This document shows positions 18,507-27,477 of a stretch of DNA of 63,622 nucleotides, in pieces; positions within the stretch are counted from its first letter, which is position 1, and every line of letters begins with the position of its first letter. The translations under genes and the position numbers were made by a program. The DNA is from Vicinamibacterales bacterium (lineage in GTDB: Bacteria; Acidobacteriota; Vicinamibacteria; Vicinamibacterales; UBA2999). Location: NCBI GenBank assembly GCA_050748045.1, contig JBOGIW010000339.1:1-63622 (forward strand). Direction: 5' to 3'. A model generated the notes under the pieces. That model was not told where the DNA came from. It saw nothing but the letters and a program-made list of their open reading frames with translations, and searched no databases.

Positions 18507-19324
18507 CACTTGAAGTCCCGGCGCGAGAAGACGAGCATCGCGGCGGCCAGGAGCGCCGAGGCGTAGATCGCGACGTAGCCGAGGCCCGACGCCACGTAGC
18601 TCCACTCGACGGGCCGGCCGTGCACGACCGCGGCCTTCACGTCGAGGACGGAGAAGTTGGGCAGGATGTACGCGACGGCGTTACAGAGGGCCGCCGCGAC
18701 CGGCGACTCCACGATGCTGCCGAACTCCCGGAGATCGGCGCCAAAGTGCCCGGCGACGTAGAGCGCGAAGCTGAGCGCCGCCGAGAGAAACGGCGTCGAG
18801 AAGGTCGAGAAGAAGAGCGCGATGGCGGTGACGAGGCCGAACTGCGCCACGATGAGGACGATCGCCTTCATCAGGCCGGGATCGAGCGCCGGCACCGCCC
18901 ACACCTTGCGGGCCTCCTCGCTGAAGGTCTGCGCGATGCCCCAGAGGACCGCATAATAGGCGACGGTCATGATGGCGACGTTGATCCCGAGCGTCAGCAT
19001 CAGGCCGGCGTACTTGCCGAGAATGAATTCGTGGCGCTCGACCGGCTTGACGAGCAGCGCGTATACGCTGCGCCGCTCGAGCTCCTTCGCGACCAGGCCG
19101 ACGCCGATGAAGATGGCGATGAACAGGCCGAACACCGACATCGCGGCCAGTCCGAGATCCTTCACGATCTTGACGTCCTGGCCGGCCGTGAGCTGGCCGA
19201 TGAGGTACGACACGGCAATCAGCAGCACGGCGAAGGCGAGCAGGTTGTACAGCACCTTGTCGCGGACCGACTCCTTGAAGACGTGCGTCGCCACGAGGGC
19301 GATCGTGCGGGGGCGCATGGTCAT
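18506..19324 (-). CDS. ABC-2 type transporter permease
   Basis: 272 aa with about six hydrophobic segments. ATGA-coupled to the upstream ATPase. Confidence 0.75.
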   Translation of the reverse strand: MTMRPRTIALVATHVFKESVRDKVLYNLLAFAVLLIAVSYLIGQLTAGQDVKIVKDLGLAAMSVFGLFIAIFIGVGLVAKELERRSVYALLVKPVERHEFILGKYAGLMLTLGINVAIMTVAYYAVLWGIAQTFSEEARKVWAVPALDPGLMKAIVLIVAQFGLVTAIALFFSTFSTPFLSAALSFALYVAGHFGADLREFGSIVESPVAAALCNAVAYILPNFSVLDVKAAVVHGRPVEWSYVASGLGYVAIYASALLAAAMLVFSRRDFK

Positions 19325-20292
19325 CAGCTCGCCCGCTCCCCGCAGCTGTCCGCGTCGAGGGCGCGCGCGCCGCTCACGTGCTCCAGGAACACGTCCTCGA
19401 GCGTCTGGCGCACGGGGTTGATCGACACGAGCCGGGCGCCGCCGATGGCCAGCTCGCTCATGACGCGCTCCGGCGAGAGATCCGCCGGGAGCTGGATCTC
19501 GTGACGAGTGCCGCCCAGGCGGGTCACGCTCCGTGCCACGTCGCGCAGCCGCTCCACGGCGGCCTCGGGCAGGTCGGATACCACGAGCTCCCAGCCGCGC
19601 ACCTGGAAGTCGACCATCTCCGCCAGGCTGCCGGTGGCCACGAGACGCCCGCGCGCGAGGATGGCGACCCTGTGGCACAGCACCTCGGCGTCGGAGAGCA
19701 CGTGCGACGAGAAGAACACCGTGCAGCCGCGATTCCGGAGCTGCAGGATCAGCTCCCGCACCTGGCGGCGTCCGATGGGATCGAGACCCGACATCGGCTC
19801 GTCGAGGAAGACCACGTCCGGATCGTTCAAGAGCGCCTGCGCCAGACCGACGCGCTGCACCATTCCCTTCGAGAACCGCCGCAACTGAAGCCGGCGCTCG
19901 GGACCGATGCCGACCTCGTCCAGCACCCTTGCGACGCGCGTCCGCCGCTCCCCCGGCGAGTACCCGAAGAGTGCCGCGAAGTAGGTCAGCACCTCCTCGG
20001 CCGTGAGGTTGTCGTAGAAGTACGGGTTCTCGGGAAGAAAGCCGATGCGGCGGCGCACCTCGAGATCGCCCGCCGGCCGGCCGAGAATCTCGGCCCGCCC
20101 GGCGCTGGGATAGATCAGCCGCATCAGCAGCTTGAGGGTCGTGCTCTTGCCGGCACCGTTGGGGCCGAGGAATCCGAACACCTCCCCCCGCGCGACTTCG
20201 AGGGTGAGGGCGTCGAGGGCGAGCCGTGGCTTCGGACGCCAGAACCCGACGGGATAGTACTTGGTGAGGCCTTCCGTCCTGATCGCAGCCAT
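19324..20292 (-). CDS. ABC transporter ATP-binding protein
   Basis: Walker A GPNGAGKST, signature-like FSKGMVQR, Walker B VVFLDEP, H-loop SSHVL. Confidence 0.9.
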   Translation of the reverse strand: MAAIRTEGLTKYYPVGFWRPKPRLALDALTLEVARGEVFGFLGPNGAGKSTTLKLLMRLIYPSAGRAEILGRPAGDLEVRRRIGFLPENPYFYDNLTAEEVLTYFAALFGYSPGERRTRVARVLDEVGIGPERRLQLRRFSKGMVQRVGLAQALLNDPDVVFLDEPMSGLDPIGRRQVRELILQLRNRGCTVFFSSHVLSDAEVLCHRVAILARGRLVATGSLAEMVDFQVRGWELVVSDLPEAAVERLRDVARSVTRLGGTRHEIQLPADLSPERVMSELAIGGARLVSINPVRQTLEDVFLEHVSGARALDADSCGERAS

Positions 20293-20295
20293 CCG

Positions 20296-21567
20296 TTACT
20301 GCCGTGCGGCGGTGCTCCTTTTCAGCTCGTATGCGATGGCGGCGTCGAAGAACTGGGGACGAAGCCCGCCCTCGATCTTGACGCCGTTGATGAAGAAGGT
20401 CGGCGTCCGGTTCACGCCCAGTTGCCGCCCCTGGGCGGCGTCGGCTCGGACCTGCTCGAGCACTTTCGGATACTGTGCATCGAAGTCGGTGACGCCCGCC
20501 ACCTGCCGCACGCCTTGCCGCACGAGATCGGGAGACATCGACGCCTGGTTGTCGAAGAGCCAGCTCTCCATCGCATCGGCGCGGTTGCGGTTCCTCGCCA
20601 TGCGCACCGCCGCGGCCGCCTCGCAACCGGCCACGTGTACGCCGCCGGTATTGCACTCGGCCTCGAGCGGGAAATCCTTGCTGACGTACTTCACCTTGCC
20701 GGGATGCTGCGCCTGGTACCGCTCGAGGATCGGCTTGTACTCGGTATACGTCTGCCGGCACGGCGGGCACTGATAATCGTTGAACTTCACAATCACCACC
20801 GCCGCCCCATCGTCGGCCACCATGACCGGCACGCGGGGCTGCGCAGCCATCCACCTCTCGAACTCGACGAGCTGCGACTCCTGGACGGCGGGCAGGACGG
20901 CTGGCGCGGCAGCCGAGGGGGCGGCGGCCGGCGCCGCGGGCGCCGGCCGCGGGAAGAACGCAATGGCCGACGCCGCGCCGACCAGGTAGACGCAGGCGAT
21001 CGTCAGCGCCACGGGGCTCTTGAGCAGCCGGCGGAGATCGGCGGCCAGCCGTCCGGGCACAAAGCGCATCGCCGACTGCGAGGCGGCACCGGAGATGACG
21101 AACACCCCGATGACGGCGACATAGGTGACCGCACAGAGCACACAGAGCGTCTTCAGCACGAAAAAGGAGGCATAGGCCATGTAGAGCACCACCGCGAGAG
21201 CCGCAGTTGACAGCACGAACAAGTACGAGGATGTCTCGCTGGCCGGCGGCGCGGGCGCGGCGGCCGGAGCGCGTCCCCGTCGTGCCTCGGCCGGACCGAG
21301 TGCGACGGCTGGCGCCGGGCGATCGACCCACGCCAGCAGCAGCACGAGCAGAAACCAGAGCAGGCCCGCCAGCGCCACCGGGACCCCGAGCACCGTGCCA
21401 TATACGCTCTGGTAGACGCTCTCGCAGTTCACCGTGGCGCTGATGTCGCAGAAGCTCGTATAGCCCGGGTTCCGCAGCAGTTGATAGTGGACGTAAGTCG
21501 ACGCGCCCGTGGCCGCGAGGCCGCCCAGGGCGAACAGAAGCACGAGCAGGCGGTGGCGGGAGGACAT
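20296..21567 (-). CDS. VKOR (vitamin K epoxide reductase)-DsbA-like thioredoxin fusion protein
   Basis: The N-terminal membrane domain has a loop Cys pair (FCDISATVNCE) and a CxxC (LCVLCA). The C-terminal domain has CPPC (YQCPPCRQ) and a DsbA-like fold. Confidence 0.82.
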   Translation of the reverse strand: MSSRHRLLVLLFALGGLAATGASTYVHYQLLRNPGYTSFCDISATVNCESVYQSVYGTVLGVPVALAGLLWFLLVLLLAWVDRPAPAVALGPAEARRGRAPAAAPAPPASETSSYLFVLSTAALAVVLYMAYASFFVLKTLCVLCAVTYVAVIGVFVISGAASQSAMRFVPGRLAADLRRLLKSPVALTIACVYLVGAASAIAFFPRPAPAAPAAAPSAAAPAVLPAVQESQLVEFERWMAAQPRVPVMVADDGAAVVIVKFNDYQCPPCRQTYTEYKPILERYQAQHPGKVKYVSKDFPLEAECNTGGVHVAGCEAAAAVRMARNRNRADAMESWLFDNQASMSPDLVRQGVRQVAGVTDFDAQYPKVLEQVRADAAQGRQLGVNRTPTFFINGVKIEGGLRPQFFDAAIAYELKRSTAARQ

Positions 21568-21577
21568 TGGTCGATCT

Positions 21578-21731
21578 TATTCGGATTCCGGATTCTCATT
21601 CGGATTCGGGATTCTCAGCGGAACTCGAGCTCCCTGGATTGCCGAGTTCCCGGAATCAGAATGGGAATCCGGATTACCAATCGGAATCAGAATTGTAGTC
21701 GGAATCAAGAATAGGAATCCCGAATTCCCGT
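21578..21731. repeat. AT-richer array of degenerate 6-7 nt repeats (GGATTC-type on the left, the complementary GAATCC/GGAATC-type on the right) around a central 8-bp hairpin
   Basis: ATTCGGATTCCGGATTCTCATTCGGATTCGGGATTC ... GGAACTCG-N15-CGAGTTCC ... CGGAATCAGAATGGGAATCC...GGAATCCCGAATTCC. It fills the pilA2 stop to VKOR-DsbA start interval. Confidence 0.8.
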
Positions 21732-21743
21732 GCCAATCGCCGC

Positions 21744-22247
21744 CTACTGCAGCACGGTGACGTTGCCGCCGATGACCGGGGGGTCCGCGATCGGCGCGCC
21801 GGTGATGTCCTGGAAGAGCGTGCCGGGCTCGCGCAGCGCAAATGATCGCCGGCCCGACGAGCCGGCGCTGATGGGCATGGCGGTCGTGAAGAACGCGCTC
21901 TGCCCCCCGGCGCACATCCCGGCGCCCGAACCGGCCGGGACGCCCCCGGCGCCGACCGCGAGCGTGAACTGGTAGCCGCTCTTGAGCGGCGTCACGCCCG
22001 TCAGCGGCTCGGGCAGATACCGGTTGCTGGACAGTGTGGTGAACGTCACCGCGTATCCGCCGCATGCCGCCTGGTAGGCGATGTTGGCGCTCGAGGTCGA
22101 ACGGACCGTCGAGATGGCGGAGGCTTCGTTGGCCGACAGCCGCGACCGGAGCAGCCCCGGGATGGTCATCGCGGCGAGAATGGCCAGGATGGCGATGACG
22201 ACCAGCAGCTCGATCAGCGTGAATCCACGTTCGTTGCTGGGGGTCAT
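21744..22247 (-). CDS. Type IV pilin, paralog 2
   Basis: MTPSNERGFTLIELLVVIAILAILAAM. It has the conserved Cys pair (ACGGY ... MCAGG) and a C-terminal GGNVTVLQ shared with paralog 1. Confidence 0.88.
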   Translation of the reverse strand: MTPSNERGFTLIELLVVIAILAILAAMTIPGLLRSRLSANEASAISTVRSTSSANIAYQAACGGYAVTFTTLSSNRYLPEPLTGVTPLKSGYQFTLAVGAGGVPAGSGAGMCAGGQSAFFTTAMPISAGSSGRRSFALREPGTLFQDITGAPIADPPVIGGNVTVLQ

Positions 22248-22261
22248 GGGCGTGAGTGCGC

Positions 22262-22287
22262 GTCCGGGGAGCTGACGCTCCCCGGAC
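22262..22287 (-). terminator. Perfect 11-bp stem hairpin between the two pilin genes (attenuator/terminator-like, no U-tract)
   Basis: GTCCGGGGAGC-TGAC-GCTCCCCGGAC. It starts 12 nt downstream of the paralog 1 stop codon. Confidence 0.5.
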
Positions 22288-22299
22288 AGCATTGGAACG

Positions 22300-22833
22300 T
22301 TACTGCAGGATCGTGACGTTGCCGCCGACGACCGGCTGCGGGTCCGCGTCCACGATGGCCGCGTTCGTGGTGTCGACGAAGATCGTGCCGAGCTCGCGGA
22401 TCGCGAACGTGCGCTGGCCGCTCGTGCCGAACACGATCGGACGGCCCATCGCGAAGAAGGTCACACGGCCGCCGGCGCACATGCCGACGTTCGATCCGCC
22501 GGGACCCGCCGGAAGCCCGTCGCCGAGCGTGAAGTTGTAACCGCTCTTCGCGATGGGCTGCAACGCGTTGAACTCGCCGGGGAGGAAGCGGTTCGCCGGA
22601 TCCGCCAGCCCCGCCGCGCCCTGGAACGCGATCGAGTAGCCGCCGCACGACGAGAAGTACGAGAGGTTGCCGCTGTGGATCGACCGCATCGATCCGATCG
22701 CCGACGCCTCGTTGCCCGACGCGCGCGCGCGCAGCAGGCCCGGCACCGCGATGGCCGCGATGATGCCGATGATCGCCACCACGATCAGCAGCTCGATGAG
22801 GGTGAAGCCCTCGCTGTTCCGCATCTTCTTCAC
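22300..22833 (-). CDS. pilA: Type IV major pilin, paralog 1
   Basis: MKKMRNSEGFTLIELLIVVAIIGIIAAIAVP, with Cys pair SCGGY ... MCAGG. GTG start is preceded by AAGGAG at a 7-nt spacing. It is the first gene downstream of a consensus sigma-54 promoter. Confidence 0.9.
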   Translation of the reverse strand: MKKMRNSEGFTLIELLIVVAIIGIIAAIAVPGLLRARASGNEASAIGSMRSIHSGNLSYFSSCGGYSIAFQGAAGLADPANRFLPGEFNALQPIAKSGYNFTLGDGLPAGPGGSNVGMCAGGRVTFFAMGRPIVFGTSGQRTFAIRELGTIFVDTTNAAIVDADPQPVVGGNVTILQ

Positions 22834-22975
22834 AGTGATACTCCTTGAGAGCGCTCGGGCCGGTCAGGCCCGACCTACCTGGTTGCGTGTCGCCGCTCCG
22901 ACCACGGCGCCTCGTGCCCTCGACGTTGCTCGGGCCACCCCGAGCCCTGTCGCGGGATGAACGGTTCAGGTAGCG

Positions 22976-22991
22976 AGCAACCACGGTGCCA
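22976..22991 (-). promoter_or_regulatory. Sigma-54 promoter of pilA
   Basis: The minus strand reads TGGCAC-CGTGG-TTGCT, a perfect match to TGGCAC-N5-TTGCW. It lies ~143 nt upstream of the pilA start and next to pilR/pilS. Confidence 0.8.
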
Positions 22992-23153
22992 ACCTGAACC
23001 GCTCCAGGAGCGTATCTGATAAGACGCTTGCGATGAGGGCTTTAGCCGGTTCCGCCGAACGGTCCACACGACCGGCCGAACCCTTCCAGGGTATGGGGGC
23101 TGACACAAAACGTCAACCCTGGCAGCCAATTGTTGTCACGCCGACGAGAATCG

Positions 23154-24560
23154 TTATTTCAGGTTGTATTTCTTCACGTAGTACCGGAACGACCGGAAGC
23201 TCATACCCAGGAGGTCGGCCGCCTTCACCTGCACGCCGCCCGCACGTTTCAGCGCTTGCGCAATGTAGTCCCGCTCGATGGCCTTGACGTGCTGCTCGAG
23301 GTCGAAGCCCCCGTCTGGAAGGTGGCCGTTGGCCGCCGGCGCCGGCGGTCGTGCCCCGACGTATCCGGCGATCGTCTCCGGCAGCAGCGCCTCGTGCGTC
23401 TCGAGCGCCACGCCGCGTTCCATCAGGTTCTCCAGCTCGCGGACGTTCCCCGGCCAGGCGTGCTCCTGCAGGAGCGCCATCGCCTCGGCCGTGATCGTGC
23501 GGACCGGCTTTCCCATCGCGTCGGCGAACTTCGCCAGGAAGTGCTCCGCCAGGAGCGGGATGTCCTCCCGCCGCTCGCGCAGGGGCGGCAGCGGGACCGG
23601 GATGACGTTGATCCGGTAGAACAGGTCTTCCCGGAGCTTCCCCTCGGCGACGAGCTTCTGCAGATCCTGATTGGTGGCGGCGATGACGCGAATGTCCGCC
23701 TGCACCTCCTCGGTGCCGCCGAGCCTCCGGAATTTCTTGTCCTGCAGCACGCGCAGGAGCTTCACCTGCATGGTGGCGTTCATCTCGCCGATCTCGTCCA
23801 GGAAGATGGTGCCGCGCTCGGCGACTTCCATGAGCCCTTTCTTGTTCTGCTCGGCCCCGGTGAAGGCGCCGCGCACGTGCCCGAAGAGCTCCGACTCGAG
23901 GAGCGTCTCCGGCACGGCGCCGCAATTGAGGGCGACGAACGGGTGCTCGCGGCGGAGCGAATGGAAGTGAATCGCGCGGGCGACGAGCTCCTTGCCGGTC
24001 CCGGATTCGCCGGTCACGAGCACGGTGCTGCTCGTCCGCGCGATCGTCTCGATCATGCGGAAGACGCCGAGCATCGCGTCGCTGCGGCCGATGATGTGAC
24101 AGAACTCGTGCGTCGTCCCGAGCACGCGCTTGAGCAGCACGTTCTCCTGGCGGAGGCGGCGCGTATCGAGATGGTGCCGCACCTTCAGCCGCAGCTCGTC
24201 CATGCTGAAAGGCTTCGTGAAGTAATCGTTGGCGCCGAGGCGCAGCGCCTCGACGGCCGTGTCGGTGGAGGCGAAGGCCGTCATCATGATGGCGATGACG
24301 TCGCGATTGAGCGCCTTCGCCGCGCGCAGCACGTCGACGCCGCTCACGTCGGCCATGCGGATGTCCGAGAGCAGGAGATCGACCGGCTCGCTTCGCAGCC
24401 GCTCGAGCGCCTCGTGGCCGTTGCGGGCGACGACCACGTCGTAGCCGTCGCGGCGCAGCACGATGCGCAGCATGTCACGCATCGACGCCTCGTCATCGAC
24501 GACGAGCACGCGCAGCGCGGCGGCGGTCGCGGCCTGGGGATCCATGGCGGACGAGCTCAT
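23154..24560 (-). CDS. pilR: Sigma-54-dependent response regulator PilR
   Basis: REC domain (RVLVVDDE...DIRMADVSG), GESGTGKE, GAFTGA (VRGAFTGA) and a C-terminal HTH. ATGA overlap with pilS. It sits directly upstream of the sigma-54 pilin promoter. Confidence 0.9.
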   Translation of the reverse strand: MSSSAMDPQAATAAALRVLVVDDEASMRDMLRIVLRRDGYDVVVARNGHEALERLRSEPVDLLLSDIRMADVSGVDVLRAAKALNRDVIAIMMTAFASTDTAVEALRLGANDYFTKPFSMDELRLKVRHHLDTRRLRQENVLLKRVLGTTHEFCHIIGRSDAMLGVFRMIETIARTSSTVLVTGESGTGKELVARAIHFHSLRREHPFVALNCGAVPETLLESELFGHVRGAFTGAEQNKKGLMEVAERGTIFLDEIGEMNATMQVKLLRVLQDKKFRRLGGTEEVQADIRVIAATNQDLQKLVAEGKLREDLFYRINVIPVPLPPLRERREDIPLLAEHFLAKFADAMGKPVRTITAEAMALLQEHAWPGNVRELENLMERGVALETHEALLPETIAGYVGARPPAPAANGHLPDGGFDLEQHVKAIERDYIAQALKRAGGVQVKAADLLGMSFRSFRYYVKKYNLK

Positions 24561-26254
24561 AGGGCGGCGGCGCCTCCCGTCGCCTGGATGGCGGCCGGGG
24601 GCTCGACGCCCGGTCTCACCGGCATCCTGACGCGCATCGTCGTGCCGCGGCCGGGCGTCGAGGACACGTGGATCGTGCCGCCGTAGTCGGTCACGATGCG
24701 GTGCACGATCGCGAGGCCGAGGCCGGTGCCCTTGTCGAACGAGCTGCTGAACGGCTGGAAGATCGTCTCCAGCTCGCCGGCCGGCATGCCGCGACCCTCG
24801 TCCTCCACGGCCAGCACCACGTCGAGGTCGCCGCCGGGCCCGGTCTCCTGCGCCACCGACAGGCGCAGGCGCCCGCCCTCGGGCATGGCGCGCAGGCTGT
24901 TGGTCGCGAGGTTCCACACGATCTGGCGGAGCTGGTGCTCGTCGGCGTCGAACCAGACGGGCGCGTCGGGGACGCCGACCTCGACGATGTGATCGTCGCG
25001 GACGTCGGAGCCGTTGCGGATGAGGAGCGCCGTATCCTGGAGCGTCTTGCGGACGTCGAGCCGGGCCACCGCGAAGCGCTGGGGCCGCGCGTAGGCGAGG
25101 AACGAGCGGATGGTGTCGTTCAGCCGCTCCGATTCGCGCAGCACGATGTCCATGAGCTGTGCCTGTTCCTCGCTGAGCGGCAGCTCCTGCCGAAGCACCT
25201 GGATCGATCCGGACATGGCGGCGAGCGGATTGCGGATCTCGTGCGCGATGCCGGCGGCCATTTCGCCGACGGCCGCGAGCCGCTGCTGGAGGCGGCCGTG
25301 CCGCTCGAGGCGGCGGACGTCGGTGACATCCTGGAACGTGAGGAGCAGCCCGAGCCGGCCGTCGGGAAACGCGAGGTTCGATACGGTGAAGCCGACTTCG
25401 ATCGTGCGGCGATCGGACCGCCGATAGCGCGTGTCCAGGCGGAAGCTGCGCGCCTCGGCGAGGCTGGCGAGCCGGCTGCGGAAGAGGTCGCCGAGCTGCA
25501 GCAGCTCGCTCACGTCGCGCCCGACGGCCTCCTGCGCGGGCACGCCGGTGATGGCGGTCGCCGCGCGGTTGAAGGTCAGCACGCGGCCCCGGTCGTCGGT
25601 CGTCACCAGGCCGCTCAGCAGGTTGTCGATGACGTACGCGTTGAAGGCGCGCAAGTCGGCGATCTGGTTCGACGCGCGCTCGAGATTGACGCCCGCCGTC
25701 CGCAGCCCCTCCGCCAGCGACCCGCCGAGGAGCGCCACCGCGAAGAACCCGAAGAGATTGATGCCGACGGTGTACTGGGCGTATCGGACCGTCGGCAGGT
25801 CGAACCCGTCGCGCGGGATCAGCCACTCGGCCGAGAGCAGATTCGACGCCGCCAGATACTGCGCCGCCACGAGCCCCAGGTACAGCAGCGCGCTGAGGGC
25901 CGCCACCTGCACGGCGCCCCGGCGGAACCGCACCGTGCTCGCCGCGACGATCGCCAGCAGGTACAGCGACGAGAAGGAGCTCGTGATGCCGCCCGTGATC
26001 GCAATGAACCCGGACACGAGGATCGCATCGCACGCCAGCTGCGCGTCGATGACCCAGGGACGCCGGACCGCCATCCTGAGCGTCGCCAGGAACACGACGC
26101 TCAGGGCGTAGGTGAGGCCGATCAGGAAGAAGAACGGATCGACGGGGAGCGACCCGGGCCGGCTGATCTGGACGACGATCGCCGACCCCATCAGCAGCGT
26201 GCTGACGATGACCCGGACCGCAATCAGCGTCGAGAGACGTCCCCGCAGATCCAT
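24557..26254 (-). CDS. pilS: Sensor histidine kinase PilS (multi-TM N-domain, PAS, HisKA, HATPase_c)
   Basis: About six N-terminal TM helices. H-box IAHEIRNPLAAM, N-box NLATNSLRA, and G-boxes EDEGRGM and GTGLGLAIV. Start at MDLRGRL (26254). Confidence 0.88.
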   Translation of the reverse strand: MDLRGRLSTLIAVRVIVSTLLMGSAIVVQISRPGSLPVDPFFFLIGLTYALSVVFLATLRMAVRRPWVIDAQLACDAILVSGFIAITGGITSSFSSLYLLAIVAASTVRFRRGAVQVAALSALLYLGLVAAQYLAASNLLSAEWLIPRDGFDLPTVRYAQYTVGINLFGFFAVALLGGSLAEGLRTAGVNLERASNQIADLRAFNAYVIDNLLSGLVTTDDRGRVLTFNRAATAITGVPAQEAVGRDVSELLQLGDLFRSRLASLAEARSFRLDTRYRRSDRRTIEVGFTVSNLAFPDGRLGLLLTFQDVTDVRRLERHGRLQQRLAAVGEMAAGIAHEIRNPLAAMSGSIQVLRQELPLSEEQAQLMDIVLRESERLNDTIRSFLAYARPQRFAVARLDVRKTLQDTALLIRNGSDVRDDHIVEVGVPDAPVWFDADEHQLRQIVWNLATNSLRAMPEGGRLRLSVAQETGPGGDLDVVLAVEDEGRGMPAGELETIFQPFSSSFDKGTGLGLAIVHRIVTDYGGTIHVSSTPGRGTTMRVRMPVRPGVEPPAAIQATGGAAAL

Positions 26255-26256
26255 CG

Positions 26257-27474
26257 CTAGCCGGTCAGGTTGCTGATGAGCGCGAAGATCGGCATGTACA
26301 TCGCGATGACGATGCCGCCGACAATGCCGCCGAGGAGCGCGATCATCATCGGCTCCAGCAGCGTCAGGAGCCCTGCCACGGCGACGTCGACCTCCTCCTC
26401 GTAGAAGTCCGCGATCTTGCCGAGCATCGTGTCGAGGGCGCCCGTCGCCTCGCCGACGCCGATCATCTGCACGACCATGGGCGGAAAGACGCCGCTGTCC
26501 TTGAGCGGCTGGGCGATCGTCTCGCCGCGCTCGATGCTCTTGCGCGTGGACTGGATCCCCTCTTCGACGACGGCGTTGCCCGAGGTCTTCGCGGTGATGT
26601 CGAGCGCCTCGAGAATCGACACGCCGGAGGCGAGGAGCGTCGAGAGGGTGCGGCAGAAGCGCGCCACGGCAATCTTGCGCAGCAGGTCGCCCATGATCGG
26701 CAGCTTCAACAGGAACGCGTCGATCATCCGCCGGCCGCCGGGCGTGCCGTAGTACGCCTTGACGCCCCAGGCGAGGGCGCCGAGGCCGATGATGAGGATC
26801 CAGCCGAACCGGACGAGGCCGTTGCTGGCCGAGATGACGACGCGTGTCGGCAGCGGCAGCTCGGCGCCAAGGCCGGCGAACAGGTTCGCGAACGTCGGGA
26901 TGACCTTCCAGAGGATGACGCCGACGACCACCGCGGCGATGAGGATGACGGCGACCGGATAAATCATCGCCGACTTGACCTGGTTCTTGAGCTTGACGGC
27001 CTTCTCGATGTAGGTCGCCAGGCGCTTGAGAATGGTGTCCAGGATGCCGCCGGCCTCGCCGGCGGCGATCATGTTCGTGAAGAGCGGGTCGAAGGCCTTC
27101 GGGTGGCGCTTCATGGCATCGGCGAGCGACATGCCGCTCTCGACGTCGCCGCGCGTGGCGAGGATGACGTACGAGAAGTTCTTGTCCTCCTCCTGCGTGC
27201 CGAGGATCTCGAGACACTGCACGAGCGGGAGGCCGGCGTCGATCATCACCGAGAACTGGCGCGTGAAGACCGCCAGGCTCTTGGCGCCGACGCTCTTCGC
27301 CTTCCTGACCTTGACGGCCTTCGGCCTGGCGTCCTCCTTGACGGGGTTGATCCTGGTGACCATGACCTGCTCGCGCCGGAGCGCCGCGACGGCGGCGTCC
27401 ATCGAGTCGGCCATCCGTTCGCCGGTGATGTTCTCCCCGGCGCGAGTACGCCCAACGAATGCAAATGTCGGCAT
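26257..27474 (-). CDS. pilC: Type IV pilus platform protein PilC (GspF family)
   Basis: 405 aa with a duplicated GspF domain and three TM segments. Confidence 0.92.
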   Translation of the reverse strand: MPTFAFVGRTRAGENITGERMADSMDAAVAALRREQVMVTRINPVKEDARPKAVKVRKAKSVGAKSLAVFTRQFSVMIDAGLPLVQCLEILGTQEEDKNFSYVILATRGDVESGMSLADAMKRHPKAFDPLFTNMIAAGEAGGILDTILKRLATYIEKAVKLKNQVKSAMIYPVAVILIAAVVVGVILWKVIPTFANLFAGLGAELPLPTRVVISASNGLVRFGWILIIGLGALAWGVKAYYGTPGGRRMIDAFLLKLPIMGDLLRKIAVARFCRTLSTLLASGVSILEALDITAKTSGNAVVEEGIQSTRKSIERGETIAQPLKDSGVFPPMVVQMIGVGEATGALDTMLGKIADFYEEEVDVAVAGLLTLLEPMMIALLGGIVGGIVIAMYMPIFALISNLTG

Positions 27475-27477
27475 GGC

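Noticed and set aside
18506-21331. Upstream extensions of several ORFs in the track: 18506..21331, 23154..26033, 24557..27217, 49482..51551, 52104..54908, 53948..56974 and 14343..15506.
   Set aside because: The extensions run through the preceding genes in a non-coding frame. Internal starts that give ATGA/GTGA overlaps with the upstream stop, and family-typical N-termini, were used instead.
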